Source: Octopus sinensis (lineage: Eukaryota). Taken from it: a DNA stretch of 64,000 nt. Shown one piece after another: positions 24,432-37,588 of the stretch. Each line of letters starts with the position of its first letter. The first letter of the stretch is position 1. The stretch spans positions 22,134,001-22,198,000 of the forward strand of contig NC_042997.1 of the NCBI RefSeq assembly GCF_006345805.1. The letters are read 5' to 3'. The translations under genes and the position numbers were made by a program. The notes under the pieces are model-generated. The model ran no database searches. It was not told the DNA's origin and was given only the letters and a program-made list of their open reading frames with translations.

Positions 24432-27170
24432 GTTAGTTAGTTAGTTAGTTAGTTAGTTAATTTGGCTCAAAAGCAAATAGCAAGGCTATGTAGGGGGACA
24501 TGGAGTTAAGTACAGGGTGGTGTTCATGTAAAGAGTTCAGGCCACTTGAGGTCCAGGGAGGCTTTGAACAAAGCGGTCGTCGGCATCTTCACCATCTCGT
24601 CTGGCAGCTTGTTCCACGGATCCACAACCCGGACGGAGAAAGCTCCTCTCCTTCGATTGAGATGAAATCGTCGCAGGTAGAGCTTTTCGGAATGACCCCG
24701 CAGCCGACGCTCTGGAGCAGGAGTGAAGAACAGCTCTTTCGAGAGGTTACACTGTGGGCGAGAATGAGATCACCACGGTGGCGGCGTTTTTCAAGAGAAT
24801 AAAGGTCGAGCGTCCTCAGCCTTTCTTCGTAGGACAAATTTTTGAGACCATGAACCATGCGGGTAGCCAGCTTCTGGACTCTTTCGAGATGCTGTATGTC
24901 TTTGAGGAGATAAGGAGAAGAGGCTTGAATCCCATACTCCAATATGGGTCTCACCAGCGTGACATAGAGTGGTAGGAATATGGCTGCTGTGAGCATTCCG
25001 AATGACCGTCGAATCAAGAACAGAATTCCGCGTGCTTTGTTGGCAGCATGGACGCACTGGGCCGAAGGCGAAAAGGAGGAATCCATCAAGATACCCAGGT
25101 CCTTTACCTGATCGGTCCTCTCCAGCAGCAGACGACCCGGCTCGAAATCAAGTTGAGTTGCAGGAGTAGAGCCGACAGGCAGATGACAGCACTTTGACAC
25201 GTTCAGACACAGGTCGCAATCGTTAGACCACTTCCAAATTTGGTGGAGGCATCGACGAAGATCCTCTATATTACCGCGAGGAGCGACCAGTTTGATATCG
25301 TCGGCAAATAGAAGGGTGTGTTGCGTGAGGTCGTCGGGCAAGTCATTTATGAAGACTAAGAACAACAAGGGCCCAAGCACTGAACCTTGAGGCACGCCAC
25401 TGCTCGCACTGGAGACGTCGGCCGCGAACCATTAACTTGGACTTGGAAGGAGCGATCTGAGAGGAAGGCACCAACCCATCGTACAATATCCGGATGGAAA
25501 CTATATGCTTGAAGCTTGACAAGTAATAGGCGGTGGTTTACCGAGTCAAAAGCTTTGGCAAAGTCCAATAAAACGATGTCAACAGCATCACTATCATCGA
25601 GGATGTGCGTCACCAATTCTTCCATTACTAGTAAGTTGGTCAAGCATGATCTCTTCGGCACGAAGCCGTGTTGGGAATCAGAGATAGAGGCTGTGTTTAG
25701 GAGGTGGAGCATCATACTTTTCTTAAGGATGGTTTCGAACATCTTGCTGATTATTGATGTAAGGGAAACCGGTCGGTAGTTAAGCGGGTCCTCGCGGCTC
25801 CCTTTCTTGAAAATTGGGCAGATTATCGCTGTTCTCCAGTCTGCAGGTATAACACCCGTCGCCAATGACATATTGAATAGTCGTGTTAAGGGCTCGCAGA
25901 TGACTGGAGCCAACGCTTTGATAACCCGTGGGTGTATGCCGTCAGGGCCGTGACCCTTGTTGACATCGAAGCCTTGAATAACACGTTTGACTTCGTCCCG
26001 CGTGATGACCAATCGAAGCATTGGAGGTACCGATCTATCAAATGGAGGGGGTTCACGACCATCATCTTGTTTGAAAATAGTTGAAAAGGCCTCGGCAAAT
26101 AATTGACTCTGTTGATAAGGGTCCTCAATCGATACGCCTGTTGAGTCTACCAACGTTGCAATCTGGTTGTTTAAGCGGGAATTCCGCTGGACATGGGCAA
26201 AGAAGCTTTTTGGATTGCTACTGGCATTTGCCGCGATTTTGTATTCATAACTGAAGCGTTCTTTCTTTTCAATTTTCACGGCTCGGTCTCGTTGAGTTTT
26301 GTACACCTCAAAAGCTGCAGTCGAATCCAGATTTTTGAATTCAGCCCAAGCAATATCTCTGAGTCGACGTTCTCGTTTAACCTTCTTCGTCACCCAGGGC
26401 TTGTGTTTCTTCCTCTTGGGAAGCCCAACGGGAACTGCCTGGTCAGTCAAACAGATTACATATGCTTTGAGGGATGACCATAGTTCGTCAACTGAGGACA
26501 ACGTCATCAGGGATCGCCAGTCCAGAAGCGCGGAAGCCTCGGTTAGAATTTCAAGATTAATTGCAGAGAAGACTCTACGTGGCAACGAAGTAGTCGTGGG
26601 CGTAGGAAAAGTTGTGTGCATGACGAACTTCAGGACCGCATGATCACTCTTGGCAAGAGGGGCGCACACAGATACGTCTGACACTGATCTTGGATAGCGG
26701 GAGAATACCAGATCTAGCATAGATGGCTGCTGCCCAGACCGATGCCTTGTCGGATATTCAACATGTTGCGATAGAAAACAATCTTCAGCCACGTCAAGAA
26801 GGGCCTGGCCGAACCGGGAAGATGTTGTACAAATTGATGCGGGCCAATCGATCGTGGGAGCGTTGAAGTCTCCTAGTACCAAACAGTCATGCGAAGCTGA
26901 AACGAATCTTATCGCTTCGAGTAAATGAGCATCGTCCTGGGGGTCGGCAAGAGGCGGCCTGTAGACAGCCAACACGGGCAGGCAAAACTCGGATAGGCTC
27001 AGCTTGCAATAGACGGCATCGAATTTTGTTGTAGGTTGAGCATTATTGGGTAGAATACCGCTGGACGGTTTGTGCTCAGACTTAACATACACAGCAACAC
27101 CTCCACCTCGCCTTTTTCCTCTGTCACATCTGAAAAGGACGTAGCCCTGCAGGTGGATAGATGTGAATAG
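24432..27170 (-). mobile_element. 5'-truncated CR1-clade LINE (APE endonuclease + RT) with (TAAC)n tail
   Basis: GGGVAVYV, LGDFNAP, SDHAVL, YRPVSLTS, LDFAKAFD, PQGSVLGP and FADDIK motifs. 3' (TAAC)n at 24432-24459. Confidence 0.95.
24525..27170 (-). pseudogene. CR1 ORF2 (endonuclease/reverse transcriptase), two frameshifts
   Basis: ORFs 25356-27092 (578 aa) and 24589-25395 (268 aa) are joined by a frameshift near 25420. A second shift near 24750 restores CNLSKELFF..RVVDPWNKLP..WPELFT*. Confidence 0.9.
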
Positions 27171-27509
27171 ATGTCAACAATTTGGCCGACTCTCTGCCAC
27201 TTCTGCTGATCGTTAATGTTAATTTTAAACATTGTCATACATTTTAAACATTGTCCATACATTTCGAGAGATGGTGTAGTCAATTAAATAGTTACAATAT
27301 TTGCCTGAAACTTTATTTTATTGATATTGAAAGGTAAGGTTGATCTCGTATGAATTTGAACTCAGAATGTAAAAGACTACAACAAAATACAGTGCGAAGT
27401 ACTTTGTCCGACTAACGATTTATCAATTCATCACCTTGCTATTCCATACTATTGCATTACGAGCAATTTATTGGGTCACATTAATACCACTAAAGGCTTA
27501 AAATGTACT

Positions 27510-27945
27510 ATCATCATCAAGTTGTTGGGTTAACAGTCTATACGCTTTTGCAGTCAGATGTCGCCACTAGTCTCTCTTCTCTGTCATGTTCATCAGGATC
27601 GAGATGTTTTGAGTTGACCAGTCCTTAATGTTTATTATTCAAGGACTTTCTTTGACTGCCCATCTTTCGCCCTCCCTCTACTCTGTTCTGAATGGTTTGG
27701 GACAGGGAGTTTTAGTGGGATACGAGACGTTACCAGAAAAGCTTCCGTCTTTTTATCTGTCTGAAAGCGTTGACTTCCTGCCAGACAAATCTGTTCCTTT
27801 TATATTCAATGTACGAGATGTGTAACAGCCATCTGAAGCATTTATGCTCAAAATCCCTAGATTCTTTCTCATGTTAGCTGTAAAAGTTCAATTTTCATAC
27901 CCATACAGAAGGATTGAAATCACCAAATATTAAATAGCGTTTCTC
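27510..27945 (-). mobile_element. Old RTE LINE 3' fragment
   Basis: LVISILLYGYE, FEHKCFRWLLHISYIE, KRRKL and VEGGRK.GSQRKS pieces; short (TGA)n tail. Confidence 0.72.
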
Positions 27946-28097
27946 TAAGTGGGCAGTACCGTCCCAGAGACAGATTGGGTGATAGGGACGAAAGATGAAC
28001 CTGTACAGTTCTTTTTTTAAAATCTTTGCCTTTTGTTTTTAATATTAACTTTTTTAAAAATTTAAATGCATTAGTATGATAAGCCACTGCTCGGTAC

Positions 28098-28505
28098 TGC
28101 CCTGATGCAGTACCAGGCAGTGGCTCTCATGGCTTCTGATCTTAAGTGACTGGAAGTGTTATCATGTACATTGTTTTGCCTTGGTATAAAAGATGAGCTA
28201 CAGCAAATATTCTGCTCAATACCACAGATTTGCTTGTCATTTGTTTGACCTTAGTGGCTGATGATTTGTGCATCTCTTATCACGAGCAGAAGTAGTGAGG
28301 GAACATCATAGCCATGTACTGAGAGGAATTCTTTGGTGGTTGGATAATTCACCTTTGGAAACATGGGTGTTTCGTTCATCATCCTTAAACAAACCTTATT
28401 CAGGGACCTTTTGAACAGGATGGGCTACACGACCTGAAGAAAATTTTAACTGGGTTCCACCTGCAAGGTCATGCGCTGTTTATCTTGATATGAGATCACT
28501 GTGTA
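28098..28505 (+). mobile_element. Element E, partial second copy
   Basis: Reverse-complement match to about 10070-10478. Confidence 0.85.
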
Positions 28506-29126
28506 CTAGGCTTACAAAGAATAATTCCTGCGGTCACTTTTTTCGACTAAAACCCTTGCAGTCAAATGACTGAAACAAGTAATAGAATAAAAGAATTCAA
28601 TTGAACAAAGCCGAATATATAACACCGCCTGTACTTATAGCATTCGCTTATGGTTGTGTAGTACTGTGGTAAGTAGTCACCCGTTTCAAATTCGTAACCG
28701 GAAGAAAATTACTCAGGATTAATATAACGTGTACGTGCAATAAAAACGGAGGCGTTGTGTCGCAGGAAGGCGATGTTGAAAAAGTGTGAGGTAAAAGAAA
28801 AGAGATCTCAGTTTTAAATATATATTTTGAGAAGTATTGATGTTGAGTAAATCTTGGAGAAATCACCATAACGGAATCTGTCCCTCACCAAGCTGTAGCC
28901 ACAGGAAGATTTGGAATGAGAACTACGATCTGACGAATCACTTACGTTCTTTTACTTGTTTCAGTCACTGGATTGATGGGGGTGGGTTGCAAGCTTTATT
29001 TTACAGGTCCCTTTTCCCGAACAGCTAAGTTACGAGGACGTAAACAAACTAATACCATACGGTTGGGAGGACACACGGGTATAGTTGCCATACACACACA
29101 TATATATGTAAAATAAGGCTTACAAC

Positions 29127-29181
<55 letters not shown>

Positions 29182-29434
29182 TATACGATGAGCTTTTATT
29201 TGAGAATTAAATGTCTTTACAATGGAGACAGTATAGCGGAAGCATAGTGATTTCATATTAAATCCCCACCCATCCCCCACGTATTTCACTTTACGCTCTT
29301 CCTCGGTAACTTGAAATTGTGTTCGTATAACCTGCAGGTAGGATGAAATCAATTTCAAATTACCCCTAGGTGGTAGCTGGAAGCTTTCAAATTACTCAAA
29401 GTATTTATTTAGAGCAGCAACACCAACTGTAGGA

Positions 29435-29712
29435 AGGGGGTGGAGGAGGAGGAGGAGGGGGTGGAGGATGAGGAGGGGATGGGAGGGGAGGATGAAGATG
29501 GGAGGATGATGGAAGGAGGGGGAGGAGGGGAGGGGGTTGAAGTGGTGGTGGAGGAGGGGAAGTGGAGGTGGAGGAGGTGAGGTGGGAGTGGAGGAGTTGA
29601 GGAGGAGGCGGAGGAGGTGAGGTGGGAGTGGAGGAGGTGAGGAGGAGGCGGAGGAGGGGAAGTGGAGGTGGAGGAGGTGAAGTGGTGGTGGAGGAGGTGA
29701 GGAGGAGGAGAG
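29435..29712. repeat. (GGA)/(GGT)-rich purine tract
   Basis: Direct reading. It is the source of the poly-Pro/His ORFs. Confidence 0.92.
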
Positions 29713-30682
29713 TAGTTTGGTTGTTGTCGTGGTGTGGAACACGGCTCAGGACTAACCCGAGATGGCAAGGTGATAAAACTAAATCGATTTTAGATCATGG
29801 AGAAGCAACAGGCACAAGAGTTAGATTGAAGTCTTTTTATACCAGGTTCAAGTCACCAACTTTTGGTCTCTTAACAGGTATTTCAGTTGTCAATTTGCTC
29901 GCGTAATTACGGTTTCGTTAAAGGCATGTAGCGAATCAGAACTGAATCACAGATCGATATTGATTTTTTTTTTTTTTAACATTGGATTAAGATCTATTTT
30001 TTGTAAATGAAAGTTGTTGCCGAAAGATGTATTACTGTTATTTTATATACCCCTAGTGAAACAATACAAAATGACTTTTTAATCGACTCGGCCGATGACT
30101 CAAATTAGTGCAATTATTCTAATTATTCTGAAATTTTGTTGCCTCTGACCACCCCACCACTCTGTAACGGATTAATATTGATTTCCAATTTTGGCACAAT
30201 ACCACGCATTTTGAGGTGGGGAAACGGAGAATATGGTCGATTAAATCGAAAACAATACTTGATTGATATTTTATCGACTACAAAAGGATAAAATGCAGTA
30301 AGAGCTGAACTCAGGAAAAGAATTGGCAAGAGAGTAGTCTTGAATTTTTAAGAAAGGTACATAGGATATTAAAACGTTCATACTTTTTTTCTACCCAATG
30401 CAAAAGCGAACTCAGTAAAATGAAACGGGTGTGATTGCAGTTTATCCTTGACTTACTGTGAGTTTAATTCTGGCTTTATGAATTTCTCATATCGCAACAA
30501 ATTTATATGCAGCTGGAATAGTAAGACGTCAGATGTTGGGGAATCTCTCAAGATGTATAGTTACATACTTTTCTATTCTGAGCTTAAATCTCAAAGAGTT
30601 CGACTTCTTGCGGAGTCGATAAAATAAATATCTGCCAAAAACGATTATCTATGTAACTGACTGGGTACTTCCTAAAAATATT

Positions 30683-31081
30683 GGTTTTCAATCTTGGCAC
30701 AAGGCCAGCAATTTCGGGGAAGTGAGTAAGTCGGTTACATCGACTCCCAGTGCTAGATTAGTACTTATTTTATCGACGTCGAAAGGATGAAAAGCAAAGT
30801 TGACCCCAGCAGTATTTGAACCCAGAACGTAAAGACGGACGAAATACCTATTTCTTTGCTACCCACAAGGGGCTAAACACAGAGAGGACAAACAAGGACA
30901 GACAAACGGATTCAGTCGATTATATCGACCCCAGTGCGTAACTGGTACTTATTTAATCGACTCCGAAAGGATGAAAGACAAAGTCGACCTCGGCGAAATT
31001 TGAACTCAGAACGTAGCGGCAGACGAAATACCGCTAAGCATTTTGCACGGTGTACTAACGATTCTGTGGCAGCTTACCGCT
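30683..31081 (-). mobile_element. Composite SINE family F (head-body-tail1-body-tail2)
   Basis: The body gtatttcgtc..gttcaaat..tcgataaa..agtac occurs twice, separated by the long tail seen in 6574-6810. Confidence 0.85.
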
Positions 31082-31124
31082 TTACTCCCTAAAAATGTTG
31101 ATCTTCTTTGTTTTCTTAATCATA

Positions 31125-31275
31125 ACACTTTATTTCACGTCACTCCAGTCTACTCAGCTATCAAAAGTGAGTAATCCTGCAATGGACTGGCGTCCTGTCC
31201 AGGTGGGGATATCACATGCTATGGAAACCGGGAAACCAGCCCTTATGAGTCGGAATGACTCGAGAAGGAAACGCT
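31125..31275 (+). mobile_element. SINE family C 3' half
   Basis: cactttatttcacgt..ctccagtc.actcagct..gagtaa..tgcaatggactggcgtcc, matching 32920-33040. Confidence 0.75.
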
Positions 31276-31281
31276 AAACAT

Positions 31282-31620
31282 GTGAAGGTACATAGCTCGG
31301 TTGTTAGAGCGTCGGGCTCACAATCATGAGGTAGTGAGTTCGATTCTTCCCAGACCGGGCTGTATGTTGTGTTCTTGAGCAAAACACTTTATTTCAAGTT
31401 GCTCCAGTTCTCTCAACTGTAGACATAAGTTGCGACGTCACTGGTGCCAAGTGGTATTGGCATTTGCCTCTCTCTTGGATAATATCAGTGACGTGGAGAG
31501 GGGAAACTGGTATGCATGGGTGACTGTTGGTCTTCCATAAACAATCTTGCCCGGAATTGTACCTCGGAGGGGAAATTTCTAAGTGCAATCCCATGGTCAT
31601 TCATGACCGAAAGCGGTCTT
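31282..31620 (+). mobile_element. SINE family D
   Basis: Matches 9421-9756 on the opposite strand. Confidence 0.88.
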
Positions 31621-32499
31621 TATATAAAAGCTCTAATACTGAGACAAAATCATAAATTTGGGTAGGAAATATTCGATTGAAATCAACCCTCAATATTGAC
31701 AGGTATTATATTTTATTAACTCCGGAAAGATGAAAACTAATGCTGAAGTGTGTATGAAGCTAGTGTTGTAAATTGTTGTTAGTATTGAATATAACATCAT
31801 ATAATAGTTAAATACGCACGACCATATTTCAATTACATAACTATTTCTCCTCGAGTAAATACATTTGAGAAAGACGTGTACGTCGTCACAAAATCTTGTT
31901 TCCTCTCACTTCTTCTAAATTTGAGTCGGTATGCTTCGGAATAAGATCAATATGGAGGAAATTATGAAACCGTTTCTGGAACGTTTTAGCTAGACAAGCT
32001 TTACGTTTTTTTTTGTGTGTGTGTGTATGTTTGTTTTGTTTTTTTAAGATTGTTCTGATCTCGCAAAATTTAGCTCAATCTAGTTAAAAGATTTATAGAA
32101 CTTGGTTAATGCTTAAATGAGTTTCCTTAACTGTCACGCTTCTCAGAAACAATCAATTTCGATTCTACTTAACTTCAATGATTTATCGGCAGACCAGTAT
32201 TTCCAGGATCAATTCACCATATAAACTATAATACAACACAATATAATTGTCGGTTCATCTTCGGTTATAGTTCGCTATTTCTATAACCATGTTTTATTTA
32301 TTTAGTTATTTATTTATTACATGTATTATTTGTGCTTTAAAAAGTTTTTCCCTTCCTCTTTATATATTCTATGTTTTTCACATACATACATGCATGCATA
32401 CATACATACATACACACACACACGTTTATTGTTAACTGTCAAAAAAGAAAAGAGTGCTGAATACTGTAATAGAGATGGATGACATTTTATTTTGGTCGA

Positions 32500-32720
32500 G
32501 TCTGAGTGGCAAGCTTGCAGAATCGTTAGTACGCGGGACAAATAACTTAACGACGTTTCGTCCAACTTTATATTCTGTGTTCGAATTCCTCCGAGGCTGT
32601 CTTTGCCTTTTATCCTTTTGTAAATGTTGATGAAATAAGCACTAGGTGAGCACTGAGGTCGATGTAACTGATTAGCCCGTTCCCCCAAATTTCAGGCCTT
32701 GTGCCTATAGTAAAAATAAT
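32500..32720 (+). mobile_element. SINE family F short form (further copies at 38545-38765 -, 61668-61835 +, 62955-63125 -, and remnants near 27300-27440 and 30180-30290)
   Basis: gcaagcttgcagaatcgttag..gttcgaattc..ggccttgtgcc tail. Confidence 0.75.
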
Positions 32721-32820
32721 TTTGTGTCTGAGAAATTCGATTTCCCCACCCCACCCCAACCTTTCCTTAATTTGTAGCCTTATGCGTTTGTGGTAAATTA
32801 TTATTATTATTATTATTATT

Positions 32821-33069
32821 GTGAAGGCACGTGACTTAGTGGTTAGGATGTCAACACCATGATCGTAAGATTGTGGCTTCGATTCCTGGACCGGGCGACG
32901 CGTTGTGTTCTTGAACAAAACACTTCATTTCACGTTGCTCCAGTCCACTCAGCTGGCAAAAATGAGTAACGCTGCGATGGACTGGCGCCCCATCCAGCTG
33001 GGGAACACATACGCCATAGAAACCGGGAAGCCGGGCCCATGAACTTGGCTAGGCTTTAAAAGGGCGCAT
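32821..33069 (+). mobile_element. tRNA-derived SINE family C
   Basis: gtgaaggcacgtgacttagtggttagg head, gcttcgattcc B box and aaagggcgcat end. Sits in (ATT)n. Confidence 0.88.
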
Positions 33070-34162
33070 TTATTTATTATTTTATTATTATTTTTAAATA
33101 CGTTTTCGATTGTCAGGAAAACAGATCGTACGATTTCATTCACACATTTAGGTTCCTATGCCAGATACCATGTATTATTTGGTATTCAAACCAGAAATAT
33201 ATTTCTCTATTTGAAAAAACAAATTCCAAGCAAAGAGTGATGTGCTCCCTATCTACTGAACTGAGTTTGCAAGCTGACTCTAATTCTCAATTAAAGTTAA
33301 TTCACTTTATTATACGCCGCTAGTTCTCGTGGAAAAGTCATGACTACATTTTTCTGTTCATCGCTCCATTGATTTATACATTCTCTTTCCCGAGTAAAAG
33401 AAGCACTTATGAAAAAGTACATGCTTCGTAAAGAATGACATAAGTCGAATTTTCGAATTGGCTTTTATTCTCGGTTGATTCTCATTTCCTCACGCCAGGA
33501 TTCTTATTATAAATATCAATAATGTACCCAGTTAGGGTATTTCGGCAGCATATCGATTAAACATCACACTTTTAAAACAAATGTACTCTAGCGCCTCACC
33601 AAAATGTTTTTTTTACGATACAGACCTGACCTTTATACGAAATTGTTTGCTTACAAGTACAAATCTCACTGTAGTCAATACAAATTAGGGTAAATTTCTA
33701 TTTAAGAATCATCGTGTTTTGAGTATTGAATTTGTCATTAAAAAAATAATATCAAGATATTTTATTACAAGAATTTATACTGAATGCAAAGTATATTGCT
33801 ATCGGTTTGTATTGATTAAAAGCAGGAAAAAATAGGCTGATTTGAAAATTATTTCTTTTCTTAAGATATATTAGTCTGAGGAAAAGAGAGTTACATGACC
33901 CGCAACAGATCAAACTGTACTTATCCTAAAGTGCAGTGTTTCTTTTTGGGGGTCCTGGATGCTGGGTGCCTGAGAACTGAAAAGGAGGCAAGAAAATTGT
34001 CATGTTTAAATACAATTAAGATGGTTTGCAATATTTAATTTATCAAATACAAAGGCAAAGAAAGAAGAATTACATGATGGCAAAATCTGTTTTGTTTTCT
34101 CATTAAAAAGAGGCGATAATTTCACTAATATTTTGGTGAGGACCTTGTCAGTTTTAGAACTT

Positions 34163-34500
34163 CTATAATAGATAAAAGCTCCCGTCGATCAGGGCCGACC
34201 ATATTTTTGCATTTACAGGACTGAGCAATTGTTTTTGTGGGAGACGAGCAGTTGCCCCTACATGCAAGTTTCTCCTGTCCACACTGCCAATGTTTTCGAA
34301 GAGAAAGACCACTGAAATACCCTTGATGTTTAGTTCGAAATTTAACGGGTTAGTATTGGAGGAAAACGAGGTTAGGGAATTTAAACTAGGGATGGTATTG
34401 AATAAAAGTTTTAATATGGAATTTTGTGTCTCACTTACTAAACAGGTGTGTCGAAAGAGCATTGAGGGTGACAGTTTGTTTCCAGAGAAAAAGTAGAAGA
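34163..34500 (-). mobile_element. Possible degenerate Penelope-like RT fragment
   Basis: ORF 34163-34462 (LFNTIPSLNSL..PLNFELNI..SVDRRNLHVG..ALIDGSF) loosely parallels the PLE thumb region LNSxHPxIKFT..LxFLDxxI..SVYRKPTxTG..SLIDRA. Confidence 0.3.
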
Positions 34501-35110
34501 GATACTGGAAAAATTCATCAGTGGTCAGTCCTGATTGTGTATGTGAGTGGTGTCTATATTACACCAGATTTGTAAACAATAATCCAACATAGATAGTACT
34601 TTTGTTATCTAAACGGTGAACAACTGCGGCGACAACTAATCTGAATGATGTCGTCTTGGATATAATAGTGGGGGGACGCTATTGTATTGATGATGAGGTC
34701 TAATAATACCGAAATATGACTAGAGTTGTCACTGCACTGCCATATATGAAATTCACTTTCCACTGCACCTTGTTTGCAATAAAATTTAATCAGTTTAAAT
34801 TACTGTCGACAGTATCACTATGACCTGCTGTGCCGATCGCTGCCTCATGGACTGCCGAAGATACTTATAAAGAGAGAAATGCATGGCAGGACTCGTCATG
34901 TTGGCGCTACGATAGACCTAAATCAAAGTTTTCATCCACCCTTACTGCTTTTCTTTCTGTATTTCTTTACACGAGATACTCCAATTTAATCTTGTTCCAT
35001 ATTAGTGTCGCAGTATGTTTAAGACCTGCTGCCTGTGATAAATCATAAAAAATTTAGAGAGTACATAGAGCATTGTATGGAATCCCTTGCATTATGTGTT
35101 TAGGTTGCTT

Positions 35111-35150
<40 letters not shown>

Positions 35151-35824
35151 TATAACTAACTTTGTAAAATTTGAACCCAGAACGGATAGCTTAAGGTATA
35201 CCGCCTGACACTCAATTGACACTGCAAACTTGGTTCCTTCGTCCTATTTTTAACATCTCTGCAAAATCGCAGATGATCTTGCATGTTTGTCCATGGTAGC
35301 TTTTTATTTTATTGCTGGGCGTCTGGCAACTAGATTGAAATATTTCTACAATAAACGTCTTAATGTCTTAGCGGAGAATTTTACTGTTGCTAGTTACTGT
35401 GCTTGCACAGTACTGCTAAATGTAAACGATGATGTAACGCTAAGACGATGAATCATACATTCAGTTTGAAGGTTTGTGATACGATGTTCGCCTGATCTGT
35501 TAGATGATTTGTATTCACCTGTGTGATGGAAACTGTCCAGGTAGCACTAATAGATATTTTTATCTGAGGTGATACATAACTGACTAACGGCCAGGAAAAT
35601 TATAAATTCAACGGGAAGAATCAATTTAAGCTCACTTTTTCAAATGATAGATTGATAAATTTATGAAATGTTGATGTCCCTTGCAGTCTCATAAATATCA
35701 AATAGAAGATGAAATAGTATTTCATAATTCATATATTATAATAGATTAACTTTATAACTAACAAATATTTAATAGGTAATCAGTTTTAATTTTTATATTT
35801 AAAAAAATATTGAGAAAAATACAT

Positions 35825-37094
35825 TTGGATTGTCCGGAAAGTTCGTGTCGATTTTTAAAGGAAAGAAAAGGTCAATAAATACTTGCCATTACATTTTTAA
35901 TCAACTAAATATGAACCATTTTGTTGCACAATGTGTCTCCCTCTTTCCTTTAACTTGAAAATACTCTCTTCCCAGAATTGAGGTGATTTCATGGCAAAGA
36001 ATTCATCAAGGTATCTTTTTACGTCATCCAAGGAATTGAAATTTTTACCATTAAGACTATTCTGCAGAGACCTGAATAAGTGGAAATCCGAAGGAGCAAT
36101 ATCTGGTGAATGTGGAGGGTGGGGTAACACATCCCAGTCGATCTGCAGCAATTTTTGTCAGTTTCCCAAAGAAACGTGTAGTCTTGCATTATCATGTTGG
36201 AAAACAACACCCTTCCTGTTGGTCAATTCTAGACGTTTCTCTTGAATTGCTGCTTTTAACTTGTGAGCGGTATTTTTCAGTTGTGTGCAGTATTTCTCAG
36301 AATTAATTGTCTGGTTACTTAGAAGAAGCTCACAGTACAGAATTCCTTTCCAACCCACCAGACACAAAGCAAGACTTTTTTGGGTGAAGATCCGCTTTTG
36401 GGGTAGCTAAGCGTGACTCATGTCGCTTACACCAGGATCGCTTTCTCTGAACATTTCGGTAGATAATCCATTTCTCATCACCTGTCACAATTTGCTTTAA
36501 AAAAGGCGCGTTTTCATTCCGTCTATAAAGCGAATCACGCGATTCAAAAGGTTCTTCTCACTCAACTTATGTGGTACCCAAACATCGTAGCGATTTGTGT
36601 ACCCAAGCTTTACCAGATGTTCATGAACGACGGATTTTGATAGGTTGAGGCTTTCTGCCAATTCTTGGGTTGTGCAATATGGGTTATTCTCAATTAATGA
36701 CTTGATTTGGTCATCATCAGCAGTGGATGGTCTGCCTGATCGCTCTTTATCGATAAGGCTACAATCTCCAGCTCGGAACCTTGCAAACCACTTCCGTACA
36801 GTTCTTTCGGATAAAGAAACATCACCGTAAACTGCACATATTTCTTTGGTGCTTGTGAGGAATTTTCCTTTACGCAAAAGGAAAAGCATCAAGTGAGAAA
36901 ATGAACTTTGTTATCTTCCATTTTAAAGGGTTACAGAATTAACACAGGTTATAGGAACATAATCGAAAAGATAGCTTAAACCGTGCTTTAAATGGAGGTG
37001 TAGTCAAATTCTATTTTATGGATTCAACCATGTTCTAAAATAAAGTCGTTAGGTAAGCTACTATAAATCGGCACGAACTTTCCGGACAGCCCAA
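35825..37094 (-). mobile_element. Full-length (1270 bp) mariner, transposase frameshifted
   Basis: TIRs TTGGATTGTCCGGAAAGTTCGTG / CACGAACTTTCCGGACAGCCCAA|TA. WVPHKL, FQHDNAR and HPPHSPDIAPSD motifs across ORFs 36497-36892, 36158-36367 and 35897-36151. Confidence 0.95.
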
Positions 37095-37588
37095 TAAATT
37101 TCCTCTTTGTGTTCAAACATATGACCAAACATATTACATACATACAAAAGCATACAAACATATATACATACATGCACATATATACGCATACACACGTGCA
37201 CATACACACACGCAGGCGCACACATATACAGATACACACATATACACGTGCGCGCAGGTGTGTGTCATAGTCAGAGACCAGGTCGCAGATGTGCGACGAA
37301 ATGTTTTGATGCTTCATAATAGACTGTAAAATTACGAAACGAACAAAGAAATGAATATAATAGTTTTCATGTCGTTAAATAATGTCTAAATGATTTCCAC
37401 GATATAACTTTTACAAGCAAACTCGCGCGCGCGCACACATACACATGCATATCTATGCGTTTGTATGTGTATATTTGTGTGCGCGTGCGTGTGTAAACAT
37501 GCATTCAGCTCTGTCAGTAAATTTGCAGATTACAATGCGTAACTACTCTTTATAACAAAATTTACGTATATATGTATGTATTTGAATT

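Noticed and set aside
29392-29906. Proline/histidine-rich extensin-like ORFs
   Set aside because: They come from the GGA tract in all frames, with no exon boundaries.
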